64,000 nt of DNA from a virus. Under the pieces are notes generated by a model. That model saw nothing but the letters and a program-made list of their open reading frames with translations. It searched no databases and was not told where the DNA came from. Shown piece by piece: positions 15,901 to 26,200 of this stretch (the first letter of the stretch is position 1; every line of letters starts with the position of its first letter). The DNA lies in IMG/VR virus record IMGVR_UViG_3300020442_000017, positions 28,305 through 92,304 of that record; one strand, given 5' to 3'. A program made the translations under genes and the position numbers.

Positions 15901-18900
15901 CATCAGTACTAACACTACTGCTTGATCGTAATGCATCATACACAAAAGGTGCAATTTTATCTTTAGGTGATGGTGTTGCACTTCCTGTTGCCAAAGGTGA
16001 GGTGTTAGAAGCTACTGCTTCACAAAATAGTGTAAAAGTAAAAGTTACTCAAGCAGGTTTTACAGTTTCCTCTTCTCTATTCATTTCTAGTTCTGATTTA
16101 CTTAACACACCAGGTGCACAAATTATCTCAATTAAGTCTTTAAGTGAGAATTTGTCTATTTCTAATATTCAAGACAATGTTGCTCTTGTTACTACAGGAA
16201 CAAATCACGGTGTAGCAGAAGGAGAAAAAATTGTAGTTGATATTAATCCTGATGACAGCACAACTACTACTACCTTTAGTGTAAAATCTGCTGTATATCA
16301 AGAAGTAATCATTGAAACCCCAGTCATAGCAACGACTCTCAATGACACTGGTATCGGAAGAATTGAAATTTTAAATGGTGGTAATAACTACACAGTCGGA
16401 CAGTATAATGATATTGCTTTATCTGGTGGCAAAGGATCTGGTGCTAAAGCATCTATTAAGGTAGAGCAAATTGGTAATAATAAACCTGTAACAGAAATTG
16501 TTATTACTGATAGAGGAACTGGTTATGAAAAGTTTGATATTCTTACTGTTGGTGACAGTGATTTAAATAAAACTGACAATCTTGAACCAAGATTGCAAGT
16601 TCGTGTTGATCATGCTGGATTCTCTAGTGATAGAACAGATCTTATTGTAACAAGTGCTTCTAATTTTAGTGTAAACGATCAACTTACTCTTGGTAGCGAA
16701 ACATTAACAGTATCAAATATTAGTGGCAACACTATTACTGTTGTAAGAGGATCAAATCCTGTAGATCATTTCAGTGGATCTACTGTTAGCGTAAAAGACG
16801 CAGGATTTACTCTGAATAGTGGATATCAAATTAATCAAGAAACTAATGATCCTGCACAACCATATGTTGTGTCTTATGATTCAAATACCCAAAAAGTTGT
16901 ATTTAAATATGGATATGGAGTAACACCAACATATCTTACACTAAGTTCTGTTTTCAGAGATCAGAGTCAACCATCTACTAGACTAGTTAATGTTTTTAGT
17001 GTTGGTGATCCATTTACTGCTTTTGAAATTGATGGAGAAAGAAACAAAGTAATTGATATTAAAAAATCCTATAAGTACGTATTTGATATTAGTCATACAT
17101 CAATGACTGGTACAAAATTTGATATATCACCAAGTAGTAATTTTAATCTTATTGCTGGTGAGGTAGATAAACCTAATCTTTTTGAAGTTAATATCAAGAC
17201 TGGTTTTGGACCTAGACTTGCAACAAATGCATATGATACTAGGGTAGATAGTCCATACAATAAGTATTACTATTTTGATCATAACAATGTAGTAAATGCA
17301 GAAGGTGCATATCTGAATGTCATTGATGATCCTTTACAAGGTGAAAAGGATGTGTTGTATGTTACACCTACTGAGATTGTTTATTCTACTGGGAATGTTG
17401 CCAGTCATGATGGAACAGGATCAATTTCATATACAACAAAGTCTTCTTTTGCTGTTGGTGCAATTAATTCAATTGCAATTAAGAACACAGGAGATGACTA
17501 TAAAAAACTTCCTATCGTAACTGGTATTATTGATGCCGATGGTGAAGTTGATAATACTGTAAAGTGTTATCTACAAAGTAATAATATTGGTTCACCTAAA
17601 AATATTAAAATTATTAATAATGGTGGAGCATTTCATAACGATACAACGTTACAGTCTACATTCAGATCAAATTACATATTTACATTATCAAACTTCAATA
17701 TTAAACCTTTTAGTGTAGGTGAAACTATCATTCAAAAGTCTGGTTCTGTGGAGGTTGCTAGAGCAAGAGTGACTTCTTGGACAGAAGGGACAAATATTCT
17801 TGTAGTTGATAGAGTAACTGGTATTTTCAGAAAAGGACAAGATATCATTGGTCTTTCTAGAAATCAAAAGGCAAAATTAGAAAATATTAATTTTACTGAG
17901 TTTTCTCCTGTAATTCAAACTAACTTTGATAACATTGGTTCTTATTCATCTGATTCTGGAAAAGTCAGTGATGCCAATCAGAGAATTCATGATTCTTATT
18001 ATTACCAAGATTATTCTTATACTATTAAATCAAAGACTCCAATAGAAACTTGGAGAAAACTCATCAAGGACACAACCCACCCAGCTGGTTTCCAGTTATT
18101 TGGTGAAGTCTTAATTGAGTCTAATATTGATTCACGAATGACAGAGAATACTTCTGTCAGTAGAGTTAGTGTAATCCAAGCATGGGATTCAACTAAGAAT
18201 AAAATTACTGTTGAAAGTGTAACTAAACAGATCAGGCAGAATATTGTCCTAATGGATAATATGAATGTAGAAAGTGGTGTTGGTGCAATTTCACTTGATA
18301 CAACAAATACCAGTGAAATTGTTGCTCAAGATGTAAAACTAAATGATGTATTTAATGGTGCATTTGGAAATAAAGGCAATCGTGAGGGTAAGAAACAATT
18401 TACTCTAGTAGATAAAAATAACAATGCTATTACTCCAGTTAATGAACAAGCATTGATTATTACTTTAGATGGTATTTTACAAGAACCAGGTAAAGCATAT
18501 ACTGTTAGTGGTGATAACATTGTATTTGCAGAAGCACCATTAGAAGGTGTTTCTTTCTCAGGAAGGAAGTTCCAATTCAAGACAAGTGCTTTAAATAATT
18601 ACTACCTTAAAAAAATTAGAAATATTTTCCAGCGTAATGGTAGGTGGTTAGACGCTGCAAATCAAATTGAAAGAAATAAAGAGTTTATTCAAGAGTCAAC
18701 TCTAGAGCATATTCAAACGGTCCATCCTACTCTAGCATGGAATCGTTTAAGTAATAAATGTTTTAGAGACATTGGATTTATTGTTGATGCATTAGCACAT
18801 GACATCAGATTTGGTGGCAATGAAAAAACAAAGGTTTCTTTAGAGAAATATTTTAACAATGGTATTTTGGATTACATTGATGGTGAACTAGAACCAACCA

Positions 18901-21353
18901 TTGAAGCATTCCAGTATGCTGTTACTCTTGCAAAGAAAGCAATTAATAATGAACTATCAGGTGGATTTGTTGATCCTGACATTTTAACTGACAGTGGACC
19001 TGTTAAATGTGAGGATGTTCTTGCTGCATTAGATACTCTATCTGAAGTTATAAGAGTTATCCTAACTACAGGTCCAGGTTCTGTTGCTGTTGGATATCCA
19101 GACTATTTCAATGGCAAGAATACTATTTTTGATTTGTATTATACTGATGGTACACCAGTTGATACAGAAGAAAATGAAGATCTATGGATTGCCTTAAGTG
19201 GAGTATTGCAAGTTGGTGATGCTTATACTATTGATAGAACAACTATTCCTAATAAAGTTGTATTTGCAGAACCTCCTATTTGGGGTCAGTCAGAAAACAC
19301 AAAAACTGTGTATGAACCATTAGCAGTTGAAAGATTCTTCGGTCAAGGGATTGGATCATACAAAAAATATACTATCAGTATCAATACTGCTGGCACAGGA
19401 CCATTCTTGATTATTGATGAAGAGAATAAGATCAAATCTATTGACAATAGCAATTTTGCTTATGTTTTTGTAGATGGTGTTTTACAGAAAGAATATAAGT
19501 CATATACAATTAGTGGTTCTACTATTAAATTCCACACCAAGATTTCTCCTGAAAACAAAATTAATATTATTAGTCTTTACGGTAGAGAAACTGATACAAC
19601 AGTAACACTATATGATTATGAGAGAAATCAATATTACAACGAACTTAAATTAAGTTGTGATGCAGGTTCTCCAAATGATTTTATTGATTGGATCTCTTGG
19701 TATAACCTATCTTATAATGATCATCAAGTTGCATATCAAAAAGTTGGTGGTGTTAAAAAGTTTATTGGTAATGTAAAAGTATATAATGCCTCTCCAAACG
19801 TATTGACTATCACAATTGCTGGTGGTAACTATGTTTTAGATAATTCTAGTATTTTCTTTGCTGGTAAAGCAGATTATAGTGATGAGTATGAATTAAGTGG
19901 TACAACAAATACACTATCTTCAGTAAAAGATGCATTCCTTGAAAATCAAATGCAAAGAAATGCAACTAGATGGTTGTATGGTTCACCCAAAGGTGATAGT
20001 GCATTCTTTGAAAGAAATAGATTGGGTGCTAATATATCCAATGGTGATCTTATCAAAATTGATGGTGAGGATGAATTTAGAACTATTAATGAACTACCAC
20101 GTTATGTAACGCCAAAAAATTATAATGCAGATGCTGATGTATCAAATGATTTCCGTGGCAATGTATTAGTAACTAAGTATTCAGGTGAAACACGTGGAAC
20201 TGGTCTTAGTGTTGAATGTTCTGTAACGAATGGTAAAGTAACTTCTATCACTTGGAATAAAAATTCTGGTGGTTACGATGGTACACCTGTACTACAATTC
20301 ATTCCAATTGATCAGAAAGGTGGTGGAGCAAGAGCAGAAGTGCTTATGCAAAATGGTTCTGTTGTTGATATTGTAATTACTGATGGTGGTTCTGGATATG
20401 ATACTGCTCCTGAAGTGGTTGTCTCCAGACAATTCAAAGTAATTAAAAAGAATGGCAGAAAGATTGATAGTCTAATTAAATTAGGTTTTGAGAATAAAGT
20501 TCTAGTTGACAACATTAATGTTGTCACTAGTACCTCAAGGTTCTCTGGTAAGGAATTTGGTTCTACTCTTTCAGAACCTCTTGGTCCTGTAATGCCAGAT
20601 GCTCCTGTTGATCCATATACTATGATCACAAAGAATATTGATTTGACATTTACTTTGCCAGCACCAGTTGGAATCCCACAAGAATTGATGAGATATTATC
20701 CAACTGTTATTGATTCCGTAAGTATGCCTGATGCTATCATGCCTACATCAGCGGCAATGAGTATTATAGAGTTGGCAACTCAAGTAACTACTGTATCAAC
20801 AGCAGAAGGAGAATCTTCTACTACCTATCAGACAGGATTTGTTGATCATCGTTTCTGGAATGCATCTTACAACTCCGCTCCTCCTTCACTACATAATATG
20901 ACGATGAGACCATCGTTCCTCCAGTGGGAAGGTGCTAAATTTATGAATACAGGTACTATTACGTCTGCTTCTGGACTAACTGTATCAGAGTACACCATTG
21001 AGGAGTTTGCAAGGTATGGATTTACATTAAGTGATTTCAGTGACTTTGCTGGATCTGGATGGTCAAGTAGTGGTTATTCCATGAATGTTGGATATCCAAC
21101 CATTAATAATTATCTAAGTCAACTAGATACTACAGATCTACCTGATGAAAATGGGGCAGGTTATCTTGCTACTGGTGCAGTTGTTTATTGCAACACTACC
21201 AATTTCCCAGCATCTGGAAAGATTTTAATTGGTAAAGAAACTATTTCTTATACCAGTAAATTGAGTGATCGTTTCATTGGATGTACACGTGGTGTAGATG
21301 GTTCACCTATAGAGCAACACACCATTGGAGCATTCCTAAGGAACGCACAATAA
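12945..21353 (+). CDS. g7: large baseplate wedge initiator (gp7-like) with YHYH-like insert
   Basis: 2802 aa between g6 and g8; FYKAKGT..SIKFLF and DSYYYQDYSYTIKS...HPAGF motifs. Confidence 0.75.
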   Translation: MPKTANKISFLIESQLPDFINEEYELFTKFIQKYYEQIEIQGQPLDIISNLQQYRDIDFYEKNVLQQSTTTSAYVQNVDTTISVVDATSFPKNGGYIKIDDEICFYRERTDNQFLEVSRGVSGNTTIGDLYEKSTFVTTQADNHISGSTVQNISNLFLYSLVKSFEKEYLDNFPEEYLKNDVDKRTLIKNITSFYKAKGTDQSIKFLFKCLVDNDPEPQVLYPREHTLKPSDSNWISNYSIKAKVLSGNVNDLIGRKITQTTGEYASAIVDNVQYSGKFDGEDLYELILAEGSINGSFSVAARTKLTKNISPGLGVGDRVDVFSTMGWENEGTFTVGNEVFSYEDKNVNQFVIKSRTSNGVYSDGDPVFFGSNVSGNGVELLVYGIVYNLEAETKFPYSSTGDSVDISDAGFLTDDIRIFDSQNNLRWTIGGLPPAVSDLVSNVSAIFEDADTYYIASSGFPSHSIGTLPADAADQKHLKILRKRPISTTESYETQFRDVGIATNGVPFLSYKDEDVILNGPLQNIVVNKRGNGYKKPPFILVNGVANQAIANLAGEVVESISITTAGSYIDTPIVEVVSGRNGTVTPIVTNGEVTSISIDNAGEYYSSPPEVRIADLAGKGQFAVFKAEVSTAGELTGFVKVNGGKGYTQGNILVDIIPVGSGAVATANIKEWRKDRFVKTNVDSENGTFFTNYVSSNGQGYAYLASPATLRANDNGVNHSPILGFAYDGNPIYGPYGYRDKLDANSPIIRMTSSYGPSSTRVDGPDVTTYPIGTFIQDWNYIHERGTLDKNNGRYCVTPEFPEGTYAYFITVDDQNAPVFPYVIGKCYYSLPVDSNYNSELNQYDLPKSARRLRTSDIENNGGGTSLLIKDVISGNISSATVESSSDNFRVGSKLVIDNSGTDGTGIDAEVESVTGKSVLSIESQTDKVLFVSLKESAYLFDGDRVTQGAATGRVVGNVFSGTTFAIKSVTGSWSASGTLTSDTSVLTLLLDRNASYTKGAILSLGDGVALPVAKGEVLEATASQNSVKVKVTQAGFTVSSSLFISSSDLLNTPGAQIISIKSLSENLSISNIQDNVALVTTGTNHGVAEGEKIVVDINPDDSTTTTTFSVKSAVYQEVIIETPVIATTLNDTGIGRIEILNGGNNYTVGQYNDIALSGGKGSGAKASIKVEQIGNNKPVTEIVITDRGTGYEKFDILTVGDSDLNKTDNLEPRLQVRVDHAGFSSDRTDLIVTSASNFSVNDQLTLGSETLTVSNISGNTITVVRGSNPVDHFSGSTVSVKDAGFTLNSGYQINQETNDPAQPYVVSYDSNTQKVVFKYGYGVTPTYLTLSSVFRDQSQPSTRLVNVFSVGDPFTAFEIDGERNKVIDIKKSYKYVFDISHTSMTGTKFDISPSSNFNLIAGEVDKPNLFEVNIKTGFGPRLATNAYDTRVDSPYNKYYYFDHNNVVNAEGAYLNVIDDPLQGEKDVLYVTPTEIVYSTGNVASHDGTGSISYTTKSSFAVGAINSIAIKNTGDDYKKLPIVTGIIDADGEVDNTVKCYLQSNNIGSPKNIKIINNGGAFHNDTTLQSTFRSNYIFTLSNFNIKPFSVGETIIQKSGSVEVARARVTSWTEGTNILVVDRVTGIFRKGQDIIGLSRNQKAKLENINFTEFSPVIQTNFDNIGSYSSDSGKVSDANQRIHDSYYYQDYSYTIKSKTPIETWRKLIKDTTHPAGFQLFGEVLIESNIDSRMTENTSVSRVSVIQAWDSTKNKITVESVTKQIRQNIVLMDNMNVESGVGAISLDTTNTSEIVAQDVKLNDVFNGAFGNKGNREGKKQFTLVDKNNNAITPVNEQALIITLDGILQEPGKAYTVSGDNIVFAEAPLEGVSFSGRKFQFKTSALNNYYLKKIRNIFQRNGRWLDAANQIERNKEFIQESTLEHIQTVHPTLAWNRLSNKCFRDIGFIVDALAHDIRFGGNEKTKVSLEKYFNNGILDYIDGELEPTIEAFQYAVTLAKKAINNELSGGFVDPDILTDSGPVKCEDVLAALDTLSEVIRVILTTGPGSVAVGYPDYFNGKNTIFDLYYTDGTPVDTEENEDLWIALSGVLQVGDAYTIDRTTIPNKVVFAEPPIWGQSENTKTVYEPLAVERFFGQGIGSYKKYTISINTAGTGPFLIIDEENKIKSIDNSNFAYVFVDGVLQKEYKSYTISGSTIKFHTKISPENKINIISLYGRETDTTVTLYDYERNQYYNELKLSCDAGSPNDFIDWISWYNLSYNDHQVAYQKVGGVKKFIGNVKVYNASPNVLTITIAGGNYVLDNSSIFFAGKADYSDEYELSGTTNTLSSVKDAFLENQMQRNATRWLYGSPKGDSAFFERNRLGANISNGDLIKIDGEDEFRTINELPRYVTPKNYNADADVSNDFRGNVLVTKYSGETRGTGLSVECSVTNGKVTSITWNKNSGGYDGTPVLQFIPIDQKGGGARAEVLMQNGSVVDIVITDGGSGYDTAPEVVVSRQFKVIKKNGRKIDSLIKLGFENKVLVDNINVVTSTSRFSGKEFGSTLSEPLGPVMPDAPVDPYTMITKNIDLTFTLPAPVGIPQELMRYYPTVIDSVSMPDAIMPTSAAMSIIELATQVTTVSTAEGESSTTYQTGFVDHRFWNASYNSAPPSLHNMTMRPSFLQWEGAKFMNTGTITSASGLTVSEYTIEEFARYGFTLSDFSDFAGSGWSSSGYSMNVGYPTINNYLSQLDTTDLPDENGAGYLATGAVVYCNTTNFPASGKILIGKETISYTSKLSDRFIGCTRGVDGSPIEQHTIGAFLRNAQ

Positions 21354-21358
21354 ATAAG

Positions 21359-21366
21359 TATAAATA
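21359..21366 (+). promoter_or_regulatory. T4-type late promoter
   Basis: TATAAATA upstream of g8. Confidence 0.75.
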
Positions 21367-21411
21367 GACCAGATTCGTCTATAATTAAAGAACTAAACGA
21401 GACTCAGTGCT

Positions 21412-23205
21412 ATGGCAGCTATTATTTCAGAAAAATTTAGAATCTTCAATGCGAAGCAATTTCTAGAGTCGTTAGGTGAAGGTGCAAATGATGCCTCCGC
21501 TGATCGTACTAGAATGTATTTCTTCGTTGGAAGATCAGCAAAATGGAACGGTTACCTTGAAATTTTCAATGTAAGCGGAACTTTTGCAGTAAACGACGTT
21601 GTATACGAAGGCAACGATCCTAACACCGCAACCTTTAAAGGAACTGTAGAGGCAGTTTACCCTAACAGTCTCCTTCTCAATACCATTCTCCCCACGGCAT
21701 CTGCCACACCTTCCTTTGGTACATCCATTACTAATGGTACTGCTACTGCAAAGACAGGTGTATATAGATATGCCAACGAGGAAGTTCCCCCTATTCCTCT
21801 AGACAACGCTGAAGAAAAGGGTGAAGTATATAATGAAATTATTGCTGCCAAGCGTATTCTAAGTGACAATGCTCGTTTAGTTGTTCCTCGTTATAACTGG
21901 AATACTCAGACGAATCCAAAGTTTGACATGTATCGTCCTAACTACTCACCCACACCAGGTGGCGGTGGTGCTATCGGTACACAGACTGCTCTAGGTTCAA
22001 GTTCTCTATCTGGATCTAAGTATTATGTAATGAATAGCAGCTATGAAGTCTTCAAGTGCATTTACAACGGACAAGATCCTGTAAACACTGCTGGTCAAAA
22101 CGCAACTTACGAACCAAAATCACAACCTAGTGCTGGTCAAGGAACATTTGATTCTGCTACAGGTGTGTATACAGAACCTGCTGGCACTGCTGGTTACATT
22201 TGGAAGCATATTTTCACCCTACCTACTGGTGATGTGCTTGCGTTCCTATCCACAGACTTTATGCCTGTTGTAGCAAAAACAGAGGCATCTAGAGTAGCAG
22301 TAGAAGCACTAGCAGTTGATGGTGCTATTCATGTTGCTGTAGTTAGAGATGCTGGAAGCAATCTCCCTGCTTCTGCCACACTATACACTCCAGTTAAGGG
22401 TGATGGTACAGGTGCCATCGTTAAGTTTGAAACCAATGCTTCTGGTGAAGTATCTTCTGCTTCTATGGAGGCAGTTGGTTCTGGTTACACTTATGGCAAC
22501 CTTATCCTATCTACAACCACTGTATTTACAGATTCTGCACTAACAACTAATCCTGGTGCATTCACTGGTTCCGCATATATTGAAACCGTTATTTCACCTG
22601 AAGGTGGTCATGGTTCCAATGCTGACGTAGAACTCTTTGCCAAGAGAGTAATGACTAACGTCCGTTTAACATATGCAGAAGGACAGGGTGATTTCCCTGT
22701 AGACAACGACTTCCGTCGTATTGGTATTATCCAAGATCCATATCAGTATGGTACTACAACATATGCTTCTGATAGCACATTGCGTGGTACACATGCACTA
22801 AAAGTAAATGGAACTGGTGCTGATTATGTTGTTGATGAATTAATCTCACAGACTGTTACAGGTGGTACTGCTAAAGGAACCGTCGTTTCTTGGGACTCAA
22901 CTAATCAAATTCTTAAGTACTATCAGTCTCCTGCTGTACACACTGATGGTGGTGTTGTACTTGCATTTGAATCTAATGCTTCAAATGCTGTTGCTGGTGC
23001 TCTTACTGGTGCTTCAAGAAATGTTGTTACCACAGAAGGTACTTCAGGTACACCTTCAGTAGTTGCAGACGTTTCTTTCGTAGAAGGTCTTGCTTCTGCT
23101 GAACTTGAACCTAACTCTGGAGATATCGTATACATAGAGAACAGAAGACAAATTACAAGAGCTGCTGACCAAATTGAGGACATTAAGCTCGTAATTGAAT
23201 TCTGA
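21412..23205 (+). CDS. g8: baseplate wedge subunit gp8
   Basis: MAAIISEKFRIFNAKQF...YYVMNSSYEVFKC...GYIWK...RRIGIIQDP...IVYIENR...QIEDIKLVIEF. Confidence 0.9.
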   Translation: MAAIISEKFRIFNAKQFLESLGEGANDASADRTRMYFFVGRSAKWNGYLEIFNVSGTFAVNDVVYEGNDPNTATFKGTVEAVYPNSLLLNTILPTASATPSFGTSITNGTATAKTGVYRYANEEVPPIPLDNAEEKGEVYNEIIAAKRILSDNARLVVPRYNWNTQTNPKFDMYRPNYSPTPGGGGAIGTQTALGSSSLSGSKYYVMNSSYEVFKCIYNGQDPVNTAGQNATYEPKSQPSAGQGTFDSATGVYTEPAGTAGYIWKHIFTLPTGDVLAFLSTDFMPVVAKTEASRVAVEALAVDGAIHVAVVRDAGSNLPASATLYTPVKGDGTGAIVKFETNASGEVSSASMEAVGSGYTYGNLILSTTTVFTDSALTTNPGAFTGSAYIETVISPEGGHGSNADVELFAKRVMTNVRLTYAEGQGDFPVDNDFRRIGIIQDPYQYGTTTYASDSTLRGTHALKVNGTGADYVVDELISQTVTGGTAKGTVVSWDSTNQILKYYQSPAVHTDGGVVLAFESNASNAVAGALTGASRNVVTTEGTSGTPSVVADVSFVEGLASAELEPNSGDIVYIENRRQITRAADQIEDIKLVIEF

Positions 23206-23236
23206 TTGATCCAATCCAAAGTTAGAGAAACGTGAG

Positions 23237-26200
23237 ATGCCTCAGAAGACGAACCTTAATGTAACTCCATATTACGACGATTTTTCGCAAACTAAAAACT
23301 TCTATAAAGTACTCTTTCGTCCTGGATATTCTATTCAGGCGAGAGAGTTAACTCAGTTACAGTCTGTTCTTCAGAATCAGATTGAAAGTTTTGGTAAGTA
23401 TGCGTTCAAACAAGGAGAACTAGTTATTCCTGGCGAGGTTGGGATTAACACTAAACTCCCCTACGTTAAATTATCTTCGGTATCTGAGATTCCTATTAAT
23501 GTAGATGGTAAGATCGTATATAAAAAATATGATATTACTCAACTGAGAGGATTGGTTCTTAGAGGTAATACTTCTGGAGTAACAGCAACAGTTATTGATG
23601 CTAATGTAGCAACAGATACTGCTTCTGATGTTTTGTATGTAAACTACACTAACAGTGGTGATGCATCAAATGAAGTAACTTTTCGTCAAGGTGAAACCCT
23701 AGAGGTAGTTGATGGTGTAAATACACCATTAATGGTTGTTGGAACTGATGGTAGCGTACTTCCTACTTCTATTTCTATTACTGATCCTGACACAGGTGCA
23801 TCGTCAACCTTAGAAAGTACAGCGATGGGGTTTGCTTCTGCTGTTAAGGTAGAAGAAGGTATTTACTTTGTTAATGGATATTTTGTAAGGAATGCAGAAC
23901 AACTATTAATTATTGATCCATATTATAACAAACCATCAGCAAAAGTTGGTTTTAAAATTATTGAAAGTGTCGTAACAGCAGAGGAAGATAATTCTCTATA
24001 CGACAATGCTATTGGATCTAGTAATTTTTCTGCACCTGGTGCAAATAGATTAAGTATCACTCTTGATCTAGTAAAATATAATTTAGATGTAAGCACTGAT
24101 AAGAATTTTATTCAGATTCTTACTGTTAGAAAAGGTGCTGTACAAAGTCAAATTGTACAAACAGATTATAATCTATTAGAGCAGACTCTTGCTAGAAGAA
24201 CTTATGATGAGTCTGGAGATTATGTTGTTGAAGATTTTTCATTAGATGTTAGAGAATATTATCAAGAAGATGGCAATCTTGGTGTTTATGGACAAGATGA
24301 ATTTGGTTTAGTTAACGGTTTATCTGTTAGTGATGCAAAAGATAAATTGATTGCAAGCGTAAGTTCTGGTAAGGCTTATGTAAAAGGATTTGAAATTGTA
24401 AATAAAGAGACAAAATATCTTCCTGTATCCAAAGCAAGAGAAACACTTGATAGAGAAGACATCAGAAAGAAAACAACAGGTCTTCCTACTTATAGAATTA
24501 CAAATACATATGGAAGTACACCATTGAATGCAGATGGTGGAGATCTAACTGCATATCCAAATGTATTTCTTTCTTCCGTTTTCAATGATGGAAGTGTTGG
24601 TCTGAATGGATCAGAAGCAGATAATGACAGTAAGCAAACTACATCACGTAGAGGTCATTTCTTTGATCAAAATCAAGGTATTAAAACAGTTTATGTACAA
24701 AAAGAACCTAACATAAATCTTAGCACATTGAATGGTGCTTCAAGTGGAGTTGGTACTTTTGCTAACAATGGTGTTGCTGATTCTAGCAGAACTGCTGGAA
24801 CTTACACCAACGTTACTACAACCACAGCACAGAATGGAACTGGTGCAACATTTGATATTGTTGTAGCTGCTGATGGAACGCCTACAATCACGCTAAATCA
24901 AGCAGGTACAGGTTATGCATCAACTGATACTTTAAGCATCATTGACGGCAATCTAGGTGGCGGTGGTGGTGCTGACATCACTATTACAGTATCTACTATC
25001 TCTGGTGTAGATGCTACTGATACCTTTGATGAGAGATTGACAGCATTATCTACTTTATATTGGGTGCAGGGTAGAAACGTTTCTGGTGTACCAAATACAA
25101 TCAGTCCTATTGATGTTATTGCTTATTCAGAAGTTTCTAGACCTGAACTTGATGATCCTGCAAGCACACCAGAAACATACTTAGAATTGACACTTGCTGG
25201 TGACAAGAATCTTCTTGATAAATTCTTTACAGAGTATGATGCAGAAAATTCTGGTGACAATGGTATTAGAGAACTCTTCAGAACTAAAGTAGATGGAGAG
25301 AATGACCAAAATAGATTTGGTATCATACGAGACTACAATGAGACTATTACACCAGTTATTGGTATTGCAAAACCTAGTAACTTTACATTAGTAGAGAAAG
25401 GAACAGGATTTAATACTGATACAGATATTATCCTTTCTAAGGGTAAACTTTCTGATGGAACGTCTGTTTATAATAGCATTTTTGGTCTATCTTACTTTGA
25501 TCCCCAATTCTTCACTAAATTGCTCCTAGACGATTCAACTGAGACTACAGGAGGATTTACACCAGGTCAATATGTATACGGTGTTACAAGCGGTGCTTAC
25601 GGTGTTGTAGAAGGTTCTTCAACTGGATCATTCAGTAAGAATAAAGTTTTGATGGTAAAAACTTTATTTGGAACATTTAAGTCAGGTGAGATTATTAGAG
25701 ATGAGAATAACAATTCAGTAAGAATTGCACAAGACAATACTATTTCACATTTTATTGTTACTTTCCAAGGTGTTGGATACGAATCAACTGGATGTTCTTT
25801 AAAAATTGATGGTGTTGATTATGATTCATCCAAGATTGAATTGGATATTTCTACTAGTAAAAAGGTTCTACAAGCAAATATCATTAGTAGAGAATTTGTA
25901 AATGTAGAGTATTCAAAACCACCTACTGTTTTAGTAAATCAAAAAGCAGGTAATGCAGCACCATCAAAGGCAGCAAAAATTACACCAGTTCTTGTTAGAA
26001 ATGCTGTAACGACATTCACACCACAGAATGTGAAGTCATTCTATGCTGAATTTGGTTCAGGAAACAGTAACGTATTTACTTCTGATATTGAAATTAATAA
26101 TGATCAATATGTGGAGTCTATTCCTGTAACAAACTTTACATTTGGTGGAGAGAAGGGAAATAAATTTATTGAGTGTAATGGATTTGGTGGTGATAGTACA